A DNA stretch of 56,560 nucleotides from a virus (Duplodnaviria; Caudoviricetes), in the IMG/VR virus record IMGVR_UViG_3300035126_000207, positions 1 through 56,560 of that record; one strand, given 5' to 3'. The position numbers and the translations under genes are program-made. Shown one piece after another: positions 1-7,242 of the stretch (positions within the stretch are counted from its first letter, which is position 1; every line of letters begins with the position of its first letter). The notes beneath the pieces are model-generated. The model was not told the origin of the DNA. It worked only from the letters and a program-made list of their open reading frames with translations, and searched no databases.

Positions 1-127
1 GCTGCCTATACCGCAGTCGTGAACGCCGAGGCGGCGAAGGAGGTCAACGACAACCCGGATGACTTCTACGACGCCGCCGTTGCTGCGGCTGCCAAGGCGA
101 CTCGCGATGCGAACATCGTGGCCATCA
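1..127. repeat. 127-bp exact terminal direct repeat, copy 1 (circular assembly overlap)
   Basis: 1-127 is identical to 56434-56560; an ORF reads in frame through the join. Confidence 0.97.
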
Positions 128-171
128 AGGCTGCGGCTACGCATGACGAGCTGGATGCGCTGGGCCTGTAA
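1..171 (+). CDS. 3' part of the 143-aa ORF that starts at 56173 and crosses the join; possible tail-fibre assembly/chaperone protein
   Basis: Frame 1 AAYTAVVNAEAAKEV...AATHDELDALGL*, TAA at 169-171, continuous with MPTKTGFWIRVKNG at 56173. Confidence 0.8.
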   Translation, partial: AAYTAVVNAEAAKEVNDNPDDFYDAAVAAAAKATRDANIVAIKAAATHDELDALGL

Positions 172-174
172 GTC

Positions 175-1383
175 ATGTCCGAGCGGTATCCCGGCGGCCT
201 GATCCGAAAGACACCCCCGACGATCACTCCCCCGGTTGCGGGGGAGGGTGGCAGTGCGTCCGGGGTCTGGACTCTGGCGGATGTCTTGGCGGGGGAAAAA
301 GCGGACATCTGGCCGAAGCCTGTGTTGCCAAGGGCGCTTTATGCTTGGGGTTCTGGAGCTTCCGGTCAGCTTGGTCAAAACAATGTTATCTCCGCATCCA
401 GCCCTGTCCAAATTGGCGCTCTCACGAACTGGTCACAAGTCTCGGCTGGGTCAAGCCACTCATTGTCCACAAAAACAGACGGCACTCTTTGGGCGTGGGG
501 CTCTGGCTCGCTTGGAAAACTTGGTGATGGATCTGCAATTAACCGATCCAGCCCTGTCCAAATTGGCGCTCTCACGAACTGGTCACAAGCCTCGGCTGGG
601 TCAAGCCACTCATTGTCCACAAAAACAGACGGCACTCTTTGGGCGTGGGGTTATGGTGGCAAGGGCCAACTCGGCGATGGAACTGTCATCAGCCGCTCCA
701 GCCCTGTTCAAGTTGGGAGCCTTACAAACTGGTCACAAGTGTCGGCAGGAAACTCTCATACTGCTTCCACGAAAAGTGATGGAACTTTGTGGGCTTGGGG
801 ATACAACAACAACGGCCAACTTGGTCAAAACAACGTAACATATCGCTCTAGCCCTGTTCAAATCGGAACACTCACAAACTGGCGTCAAGTTTCTGCGGGT
901 GAAAACTTCTGCGCTTCCATTAAAACAGACGGCACCCTATGGTCTTGGGGCAACAACGGCAGCGGTCGACTTGGCGATGGCACAGTCATCAACCGCTCTA
1001 GCCCTGTACAGGTTGGCGCTCTCACAAACTGGGCGCGAGTCTCGGTGGGATCAAATCATTCCTCGTCCATAAAAACCGACGGCACGCTTTGGGCGTGGGG
1101 TTCCAATAACGACGGCCAACTTGGTCAAAATAACACCACTAGCCGTTCTAGCCCTGTTCAGGTTGGCGCTTTGACAAACTGGGCGCAGGTTTCAGCCGCC
1201 ATTTTAGGCTTCATGGCTGTGAAAACAGATGGCACTCTATGGGGGTGTGGTCAAAACGGTAGTGGAGAGCTCGGTGATGCTACCACCGTTACAAAATCCA
1301 GCCCTGTCCAGATTGGAGCTTTGACCAACTGGTTTCAGGTTGCGGCAGGCAGCACCTCTACCCTCGCCATCACCAAAGGCTAA
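175..1383 (+). CDS. RCC1-repeat 7-bladed beta-propeller protein (putative adhesin/receptor-binding protein) no. 3
   Basis: Seven ~50-aa repeats KTDGTLWAWGxxxxGQLG...RSSPVQ(I/V)GALTNW; N-terminal SGVWTL...IWP segment. Confidence 0.9.
   Translation: MSERYPGGLIRKTPPTITPPVAGEGGSASGVWTLADVLAGEKADIWPKPVLPRALYAWGSGASGQLGQNNVISASSPVQIGALTNWSQVSAGSSHSLSTKTDGTLWAWGSGSLGKLGDGSAINRSSPVQIGALTNWSQASAGSSHSLSTKTDGTLWAWGYGGKGQLGDGTVISRSSPVQVGSLTNWSQVSAGNSHTASTKSDGTLWAWGYNNNGQLGQNNVTYRSSPVQIGTLTNWRQVSAGENFCASIKTDGTLWSWGNNGSGRLGDGTVINRSSPVQVGALTNWARVSVGSNHSSSIKTDGTLWAWGSNNDGQLGQNNTTSRSSPVQVGALTNWAQVSAAILGFMAVKTDGTLWGCGQNGSGELGDATTVTKSSPVQIGALTNWFQVAAGSTSTLAITKG
396..650 (+). repeat. Near-perfect 105-bp direct repeat inside the RCC1 gene (396-500 / 546-650)
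   Basis: Identical apart from T440/C590; offset 150 bp = one RCC1 blade. Confidence 0.9.
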
Positions 1384-1386
1384 CCC

Positions 1387-2079
1387 GTGAAATCCCTCAA
1401 CTACGGCTACGACCAGACGGTCACCAAGGCGTACATCATCCGGGTCAGGGGCCACGAGCCCTCCGAGGTCAAGGCAAAGAGAGCCGCCGAGAGCTGCGAT
1501 CTGGCTGGCATGCCGTGGGAATATTGGGACGCCTACGACGGCATCCAGAACCCGATCCAGCCGCCAGAACACCACGGCGGCGTCCCGGCCATGGTCAAGG
1601 TCACCGACCACTACATGACCCGAGGCGAGGTGGCCTGCGCGTTGAGCCACATCAGCCTCTGGCAGAAGTGCGTGTTGGAAGACCGCCCGCTCGTGATCCT
1701 TGAGCATGACGCCGTCATGGTGCAGCCCTACACGCAGCACGCCGTCTTCAACTCGATCTGCTATCTGGGCAGCAACGAGCAGGTAAACCAAGGCTGGGGT
1801 GTCATGCCAACGCCGCCGCACGCCAGCGAGGGGCCGAACTACCACTTCATCTGCCGGGCCCACGCCTATGCCGTCGATCCTGCCGTGGCCAAGAACATGC
1901 TGGCCCACGTCCTGAAGTACGGGATCAACGCCCCGCTTGATATTTTGCTGCGCGCCGACATTTTCCCCATTCACCAGATGGGCGTCTTCGCATATGACGT
2001 GAAAGACCAAGAGACGACGATCTTGGGCCGCCCGAAAGAGGGCAGGAGCACCCTTCGCAACGATAGGCTGGATACGTGA
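1387..2079 (+). CDS. Glycosyltransferase, GT25-like
   Basis: W-DA-DG, TRGEVACALSHISLWQK, VILEHDA, RAHAYAVDP and APLD motifs typical of family 25. Confidence 0.8.
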   Translation: MKSLNYGYDQTVTKAYIIRVRGHEPSEVKAKRAAESCDLAGMPWEYWDAYDGIQNPIQPPEHHGGVPAMVKVTDHYMTRGEVACALSHISLWQKCVLEDRPLVILEHDAVMVQPYTQHAVFNSICYLGSNEQVNQGWGVMPTPPHASEGPNYHFICRAHAYAVDPAVAKNMLAHVLKYGINAPLDILLRADIFPIHQMGVFAYDVKDQETTILGRPKEGRSTLRNDRLDT

Positions 2080-2648
2080 ACTTTTCTGTCGTCTTCCATG
2101 ACCACACCAAGGCGACCCTCTCACGCATCTTCAACGAAGTCCTGATCCCGAACACCGTCATTGAGATCGGCGTCTTTGAGGGCGAGACCACCTTCAACCT
2201 GACCAGCCTGCTCAGAGGTTCGGGGGTCTACCGCCACTACGCCATCGACCCGTTCGCGGCATCAGAGAACCTGACCGACACCACGGTGACATCGGCCCGC
2301 GATGTCTTCACCAGCTTCCTGCCCGAGTTCCCCGAAGTCGAACACCTCGACAAGCCCTCTCTGGACGGCCTGATTGAACTCAAACAGCGTGGAGTCGTGG
2401 CTGACCTGATCTACGTCGATGGCTCACACTTCGCCAAGGACGTCCTCCTTGATGCGGCTCTGGGGTTCGAACTCCTGCGCGTGGGCGGCGTCATGGTCTT
2501 CGACGACGCGGTCAGCTGGCGGTACGGCGAGAGCATCCACGACAGCCCGAAGCAGGCCGTTGATGCCTTCATCGCCTGCAACTGGAACCGCTTGAAGGTT
2601 CTGGAGACGCCCGGCGGCTATCAAGTGGCGATCCAGCGCACATGCTAG
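2076..2648 (+). CDS. Class I SAM-dependent methyltransferase (Methyltransf_24-like)
   Basis: [37 protein letters not shown]. Confidence 0.85.
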   Translation: MNFSVVFHDHTKATLSRIFNEVLIPNTVIEIGVFEGETTFNLTSLLRGSGVYRHYAIDPFAASENLTDTTVTSARDVFTSFLPEFPEVEHLDKPSLDGLIELKQRGVVADLIYVDGSHFAKDVLLDAALGFELLRVGGVMVFDDAVSWRYGESIHDSPKQAVDAFIACNWNRLKVLETPGGYQVAIQRTC

Positions 2649-3157
2649 TCTTCACCAACGGCTGCTTTGACATCCTGCACGTCGGCCACATCCGATACCT
2701 GCAGGCGTCGAAAGCACTCGGTACGAGGCTGGTCGTCGGCCTGAACTCTGACGCATCCGTCCGGCGGATCAAGGGGCAGGATCGTCCCATCAATTCCCAA
2801 GAGGATCGGGCCGAGGTTCTGCGGGCGCTGGCCTGCGTCGACGAGGTCGTGATCTTCGACGAGGATACCCCATACGAGCTGATCAAAAGCCTGCATCCTG
2901 ACGTCATCACTAAAGGCGGTGACTATAGCGCAAATAATATTGTCGGAAGAGACTTGGCAAAGGTCGTCGTAATCCCTTACGTTGCCGACAAATCAACGAC
3001 AGGGATTATTGAACATGCGCGTCGAAAAGGGTTGGGGACACGAGGAGATTTTTGCCTCGACGGAGACCTACTGTGGGAAACTTCTCTGCTTCGAGCCGGG
3101 GAGGAAGTTCTCGATGCACTTTCATCGGGACAAGGACGAAACGTGGTACGTCCTTGA
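2642..3157 (+). CDS. rfaE2: D-glycero-beta-D-manno-heptose 1-phosphate adenylyltransferase-like (RfaE/HldE domain II, HldC)
   Basis: [49 protein letters not shown]. Confidence 0.9.
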   Translation: MLVFTNGCFDILHVGHIRYLQASKALGTRLVVGLNSDASVRRIKGQDRPINSQEDRAEVLRALACVDEVVIFDEDTPYELIKSLHPDVITKGGDYSANNIVGRDLAKVVVIPYVADKSTTGIIEHARRKGLGTRGDFCLDGDLLWETSLLRAGEEVLDALSSGQGRNVVRP

Positions 3158-3362
3158 GGGCGTCTTCAAACTCACGACCATAGACACCAAGACCGCGACG
3201 CCGCACTCTCAGTATCTCCGCAAGGGCGATGTCTGGCGCAATACGCCCCTCCTGCCTCACCAACTGCAGTGCGTCACTGGCCCCGGCGTCATCATTGAAG
3301 TCTCAGGCCGTGACACCGTCGAGGACAACTTCCGCGTCCTGCCGGGAGACAGTCAGGCATGA
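3015..3362 (+). CDS. Cupin protein (putative sugar/sugar-phosphate isomerase)
   Basis: [10 protein letters not shown]...[17 protein letters not shown]...LPHQL...IIEVS cupin motifs; ATG at 3015. Confidence 0.8.
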   Translation: MRVEKGWGHEEIFASTETYCGKLLCFEPGRKFSMHFHRDKDETWYVLEGVFKLTTIDTKTATPHSQYLRKGDVWRNTPLLPHQLQCVTGPGVIIEVSGRDTVEDNFRVLPGDSQA

Positions 3363-4075
3363 AAATCCTCGTGATCGGCGACGTCTGCGAGGACATTTAC
3401 GTCTACGGGACGACGGAGCGGAAGAACCCCGAGGCGGCGGCCACTCTCCTGCGGCAGACCCACACGCGCCGATCACCCGGCATGGCGGCCAACGTGGCCG
3501 AGAACCTTCGCGCCTTCTGCGACGTCACCGTTCACTTCCCGTCTGAGCCATATTCCAAGAAGACGCGCTTCTATGCCGAAGATGGGGTGACCCAGCTCAT
3601 GCGCGTGGATCAGGACACTCAGAGCCAGCCCTACAAGGTCAACACGCCTGAGTTCTATTCGAAGTTCGACGCCATCGTCGTGTCGGACTACAGCAAGGGC
3701 TTCATCACCCAAGACAACCTCTTGGCCCTCATCAACGCCTACCGTGGCCCGATCTTCGTTGACACCAAGAAAACGCATTTGAAGCCGCTCTCTGGCCCGA
3801 TCTTCAAGATCAACAGCGTCGAGCATGACAAGCTGAAAAGTGAGCCGGACGATCTGATCGTGACGTGCGGCGCTGGCGGCTGCTGGTACAGGGGCGAGAA
3901 CTTCCCGGCACCCAAGGTTGACGTGGTGGACGTCTGCGGCGCCGGAGACACCTTCCTTGCCGCGCTGGCCTACCACTACACCAAGTGGGGCGACATGCGC
4001 TCAGCCCTTGAGGCTGCCAACCACTACGCCGCACAGGCATGCACGCAGCCGGGTGTCTATGCGATACGTAATTGA
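3359..4075 (+). CDS. rfaE1: PfkB-family heptose-7-phosphate kinase-like (RfaE/HldE domain I, HldA)
   Basis: ILVIGD, PGMAANVAENL, KKTRF, VVSDYSKG, FVDTK, DVCGAGDTFLAAL. Confidence 0.85.
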   Translation: MKILVIGDVCEDIYVYGTTERKNPEAAATLLRQTHTRRSPGMAANVAENLRAFCDVTVHFPSEPYSKKTRFYAEDGVTQLMRVDQDTQSQPYKVNTPEFYSKFDAIVVSDYSKGFITQDNLLALINAYRGPIFVDTKKTHLKPLSGPIFKINSVEHDKLKSEPDDLIVTCGAGGCWYRGENFPAPKVDVVDVCGAGDTFLAALAYHYTKWGDMRSALEAANHYAAQACTQPGVYAIRN

Positions 4076-4340
4076 CATCGACGGGACGATTTGCACCCAG
4101 ACGGCAAGCTCCTACCCGGACGCTGAGCCCTACGCTGACCGGATTTCGAAGGTCAACGCGCTCTACGATCAGGGCTGCGAGATCGTCTACTGGACGGCCC
4201 GAGGCATGTCATCTGGCACCGACTGGTCGGAACTGACGAAGAGGCAGCTGGATCAGTGGGGCTGCAAATACCATCACCTGTGGATGGGAAAGCCTTCGTA
4301 CGATGTATGGGTGGATGATAAGGCACAATGGCTATTCTAG
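4059..4340 (+). CDS. Small HAD-superfamily phosphatase (possible GmhB-role or capsule-type phosphatase)
   Basis: IDIDGTI (motif I), WTARG (II), GKP (III), WVDDKA (IV); ATG at 4059. Confidence 0.8.
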   Translation: MRYVIDIDGTICTQTASSYPDAEPYADRISKVNALYDQGCEIVYWTARGMSSGTDWSELTKRQLDQWGCKYHHLWMGKPSYDVWVDDKAQWLF

Positions 4341-4756
4341 GCTTCACCGCGTCGGCCTTCGACCTGATCCACGCCGGGCATATCTCAATGCTGGAGGAGG
4401 CTGCGTCGCTGTGCGACACGCTGATCTGCGGCCTGCACGTTGACCCGAGCACCGAGCGGGTTGAGAAGTCAAAGCCCGTGCAGCCCCTGTCTGAGCGGTA
4501 TATCCAACTCTCGGCCATCAAGTACGTTGGCAGGATCATCCCGTACCAGACCGAGGAGGAGCTGCTCCAGATCATCGCCTTGGTGCGGCCCAAAATTCGG
4601 TTCTTGGGCGAGGAGTATCGGGACAAGGCCTTCACGGGACGGGAACTCTGTGAGAGCCTCGGCGTCCACATCCACTACAACAGCCGGAGGCATGGCCTGT
4701 CTTCGACCCTGCAGCGCGCGAGGCTGGCACATGCCTATCCTGATCACCGGACATAG
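4328..4756 (+). CDS. Cytidylyltransferase family (TagD/glycerol-3-phosphate cytidylyltransferase-like)
   Basis: FTASAFDLIHAGH, CGLHVDPSTER, KPVQ..SER, GEEY, RRHGLSST. Confidence 0.8.
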   Translation: MAILGFTASAFDLIHAGHISMLEEAASLCDTLICGLHVDPSTERVEKSKPVQPLSERYIQLSAIKYVGRIIPYQTEEELLQIIALVRPKIRFLGEEYRDKAFTGRELCESLGVHIHYNSRRHGLSSTLQRARLAHAYPDHRT

Positions 4757-5492
4757 GGGCTTCATCGGCCAGAATATGATGGACGCGCTGCCGGGTTCCG
4801 TGGGCCACGAGTGGGGCGACGGCGAGCCTAACCTTGACGGTATCGACAGGGTTATCCACCTCGGCGCCATCAGCAGCACGGCATGCCGGGATTGGGATGC
4901 GCTCTTGCAGCAGAACGTCATCTCTTCCGTGCGCCTTATCACGGCCTGCGATGAGCGTGGCATCCCCATCCAGATCGCCTCGTCGGCTGCCGTCTATGGC
5001 CCCGACAACACCACCTTCGTTGAGACCGACAAGCCGCAGCCACTGAACCCTTACGCGCTGTCTAAGTTCATCGTGGAGAAATACGTTGAGCGTCATAACT
5101 GGTCGGTTCCTGTCCAGTTGTTCCGCTACTTCAACGTCTATGGACCGCACGAGGATCACAAGGATCAGCCATCGCCGCACAGTCTCTTCCGGCGGCAGGC
5201 TGCTGACGGTGTGATCAAGGTGTTTGAGGGCAGCGAGAATTTTCGGCGCGACTTCGTCCCGGTCGAAACCGTTATCGACATTCACAAGCGCTTCTTTGAC
5301 CTACCCGTCTTGGGCGTGTACAATGTCGGAACTGGAACTGCGGTGTCGTTTATGGATGTGGCTCGGCAGGTTGCCTCTGAGACTGGCGCGGAGATTCAAG
5401 AAATCCCCATGCCAAAGCACTTGCAGCGGAATTACCAGTCTTACACGCAGGCTGATATGACCAAAACAAACAACGCACTGAGAGGAGTTTGA
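4731..5492 (+). CDS. hldD: ADP-L-glycero-D-manno-heptose 6-epimerase-like NAD-dependent epimerase
   Basis: ITGHRGFIG, HLGAISST, ASSAAVYG, PLNPYALSK, FRYFNVYGPHEDHK, RRDFV, NVGTG, YQSYTQAD; ATG at 4731. Confidence 0.85.
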   Translation: MPILITGHRGFIGQNMMDALPGSVGHEWGDGEPNLDGIDRVIHLGAISSTACRDWDALLQQNVISSVRLITACDERGIPIQIASSAAVYGPDNTTFVETDKPQPLNPYALSKFIVEKYVERHNWSVPVQLFRYFNVYGPHEDHKDQPSPHSLFRRQAADGVIKVFEGSENFRRDFVPVETVIDIHKRFFDLPVLGVYNVGTGTAVSFMDVARQVASETGAEIQEIPMPKHLQRNYQSYTQADMTKTNNALRGV

Positions 5493-5496
5493 GAAG

Positions 5497-6162
5497 ATGA
5501 AAGTCAATCAGGCGACCATCAATTTGGTCAAGGAGTTTGAGGGCTTCCGAGCGAAGGCTTACAAATGCCCGGCTGGGGTGTGGACGATCGGCTACGGCAC
5601 GACTGCCAGCGCGGGCGTTGGCATTACGCCGGTTGAGGGCATGACGATCAGCAAAGAGGATGCTGAGAAATACCTCGACCAAAGCATAAAGAAGTTTGCG
5701 GAAAAGATTGCGCCGCTGATCACCGCTCCCATCAACGAGAACGAGTTTGGCGCGTTCGTCTCGCTGGCCTACAACATCGGACCCGGCGCATTCAAAAAGT
5801 CTTCGGCCCTGCGTCACTTCAATGCAGGCGACAAGGCCAAGGCGGCGGATGCCATGCTCCTTTGGAACAAGGCTGGCGGCAAGGTTCTCAATGGCTTGAA
5901 GCGCCGCCGTGAGGCTGAGCGGATGCTGTTTCTGACGCCCGTTGGCATCAAGTCCAAGGGGCGCAGCAGCCCGGTGCAGTCAACCACCGTGCAGGCTTCT
6001 GCCGTGCAGATCGCGTCTGGCGCTGGCGCTGGCATCGCTGCCGTTGGGTCTCTTGATGGCAACGCCCAGATCGTCGCGCTGGTGTTCGCGGGCATCGTGA
6101 TCGTGGCCGCCGCTTGGGTCATGCGGGAGCGGCTGAAGAAGTGGGCGGAGGGCATCCGTTGA
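5497..6162 (+). CDS. Endolysin (GH24 lysozyme) with C-terminal hydrophobic segment
   Basis: KEFEGFRAKAYKCPAGVWTIGYGTT, SLAYNIG, WNKAGGKVLNGLKRRREAE; C-terminal TM IVALVFAGIVIVAAAWV. Confidence 0.92.
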   Translation: MKVNQATINLVKEFEGFRAKAYKCPAGVWTIGYGTTASAGVGITPVEGMTISKEDAEKYLDQSIKKFAEKIAPLITAPINENEFGAFVSLAYNIGPGAFKKSSALRHFNAGDKAKAADAMLLWNKAGGKVLNGLKRRREAERMLFLTPVGIKSKGRSSPVQSTTVQASAVQIASGAGAGIAAVGSLDGNAQIVALVFAGIVIVAAAWVMRERLKKWAEGIR

Positions 6163-6389
6163 TCTTCGCACGCCTCAAAATGTACGCCATCGGCGTGGGG
6201 ATTTTCATCTCCGCGCTGGTGGCCAGTTATTTCAGCGGCAGAAAGTCAGCGCAGGCTGACGCCAAGCAAGAGGAGCTTGAGGGCTATGTTGAAACGAGAA
6301 AGCGCATGGATGACGTTGGTCGCATGTCTGATGCTGACATTGCCCGTGACTGGCTGCGTGAGCGCGGCAAGCGAAATGGCGATATGTGA
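6159..6389 (+). CDS. Putative i-spanin (Rz-like)
   Basis: TTG start overlaps the lysin stop; N-terminal TM YAIGVGIFISALVASYF followed by a charged helix; overlaps a lipoprotein gene. Confidence 0.6.
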   Translation: MIFARLKMYAIGVGIFISALVASYFSGRKSAQADAKQEELEGYVETRKRMDDVGRMSDADIARDWLRERGKRNGDM

Positions 6390-6504
6390 TGGCACAGAGG
6401 CTGCAAGGACGGACCACGCGGCGGCACTGGCTCACGATGGCGGGCTTCTATCGGTTGTCACGGGCGCGCATCTAATCCAATTGATCGACGCGGGCTGCCG
6501 TTAA
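6286..6504 (+). CDS. Putative o-spanin lipoprotein (Rz1-like)
   Basis: Hydrophobic signal ending in lipobox VTG-C; overlaps the i-spanin in another frame. Confidence 0.65.
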   Translation: MLKRESAWMTLVACLMLTLPVTGCVSAASEMAICDGTEAARTDHAAALAHDGGLLSVVTGAHLIQLIDAGCR

Positions 6505-6525
6505 TCCGGGGCGCGCTAAATTGGG

Positions 6526-6555
6526 TTGCCTCTCACTGCCTTTCAAGGCTATAAT
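6526..6555 (+). promoter_or_regulatory. Putative sigma70-type promoter for the tail/ejection operon
   Basis: TTGCCT (6526) - 18 nt - TATAAT (6550) in the intergenic gap. Confidence 0.5.
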
Positions 6556-6609
6556 TCACCGCACGGGCGCATGCTGCAACAGCCAGCGGAAACTAAATCC
6601 GGAGTCCGC

Positions 6610-7242
6610 ATGGCATACAGCATGACCTATGACAGCTTGTTAACGGACGTGCGCCGTTATCTTGAGCGTGGTTTCACCGCTGAGAGCGATCAGATCGTCT
6701 ATGAGCAGCTGCCCCGTTTGATCACGCTGGGCGAGCGTCGGATTGCGCGTGAGCTGAAAATCCAAGGCTTTATCCGCGCGGTGCAGACCCCGCTGCAGGT
6801 GGGCGTCGCGGTCTACCTCAAGCCCGATCGGTGGCGCGACACGATCAGCATGACCGTCAACGGCTCGCCGATCTTCGCCCGCTCGTATGAATACTGCCGC
6901 AGCTACTGGCCCAATGAGGCCCAAACCAGCGCGCCTCAGTTCTATGCTGACTACGACTACCAGCACTGGCTGATCACCCCCACCCCGGCCACCGCCCAGA
7001 CGCTTGAGGTTCTCTACTACGAGCAACCTCGCTTCTTGGGCGATGACTTTCAAACCAATTGGCTTACTGAATACGCTCCGGACCTTCTGCTTTATGCGGC
7101 GCTGCTTGAGGCGGCACCGTTCCTGAAGAAAGACGAGCGCATTCAGACTTGGCAAGGGATGTACGACCGTTCCGCTCAGGCTCTGAACGGAGAAGACCTG
7201 AAGCGCATCATGGATCGTTCGGCTAACAGGAGCGAAGCGTAA
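6610..7242 (+). CDS. Head-tail adaptor-like virion protein
   Basis: MAYSMTYDSLL..VRRYLER, I.LGERRIAREL, PTP, QTNWLTEYAPDLLLYAALLEA resemble podovirus adaptors; GGAG RBS. Confidence 0.65.
   Translation: MAYSMTYDSLLTDVRRYLERGFTAESDQIVYEQLPRLITLGERRIARELKIQGFIRAVQTPLQVGVAVYLKPDRWRDTISMTVNGSPIFARSYEYCRSYWPNEAQTSAPQFYADYDYQHWLITPTPATAQTLEVLYYEQPRFLGDDFQTNWLTEYAPDLLLYAALLEAAPFLKKDERIQTWQGMYDRSAQALNGEDLKRIMDRSANRSEA

Noticed and set aside
175-1383. Diversity-generating retroelement acting on the Asn-rich RCC1 loops
   Set aside because: No reverse transcriptase and no non-coding template repeat. The near-identical repeat pair differs by one T/C change, not multiple adenine-specific ones.
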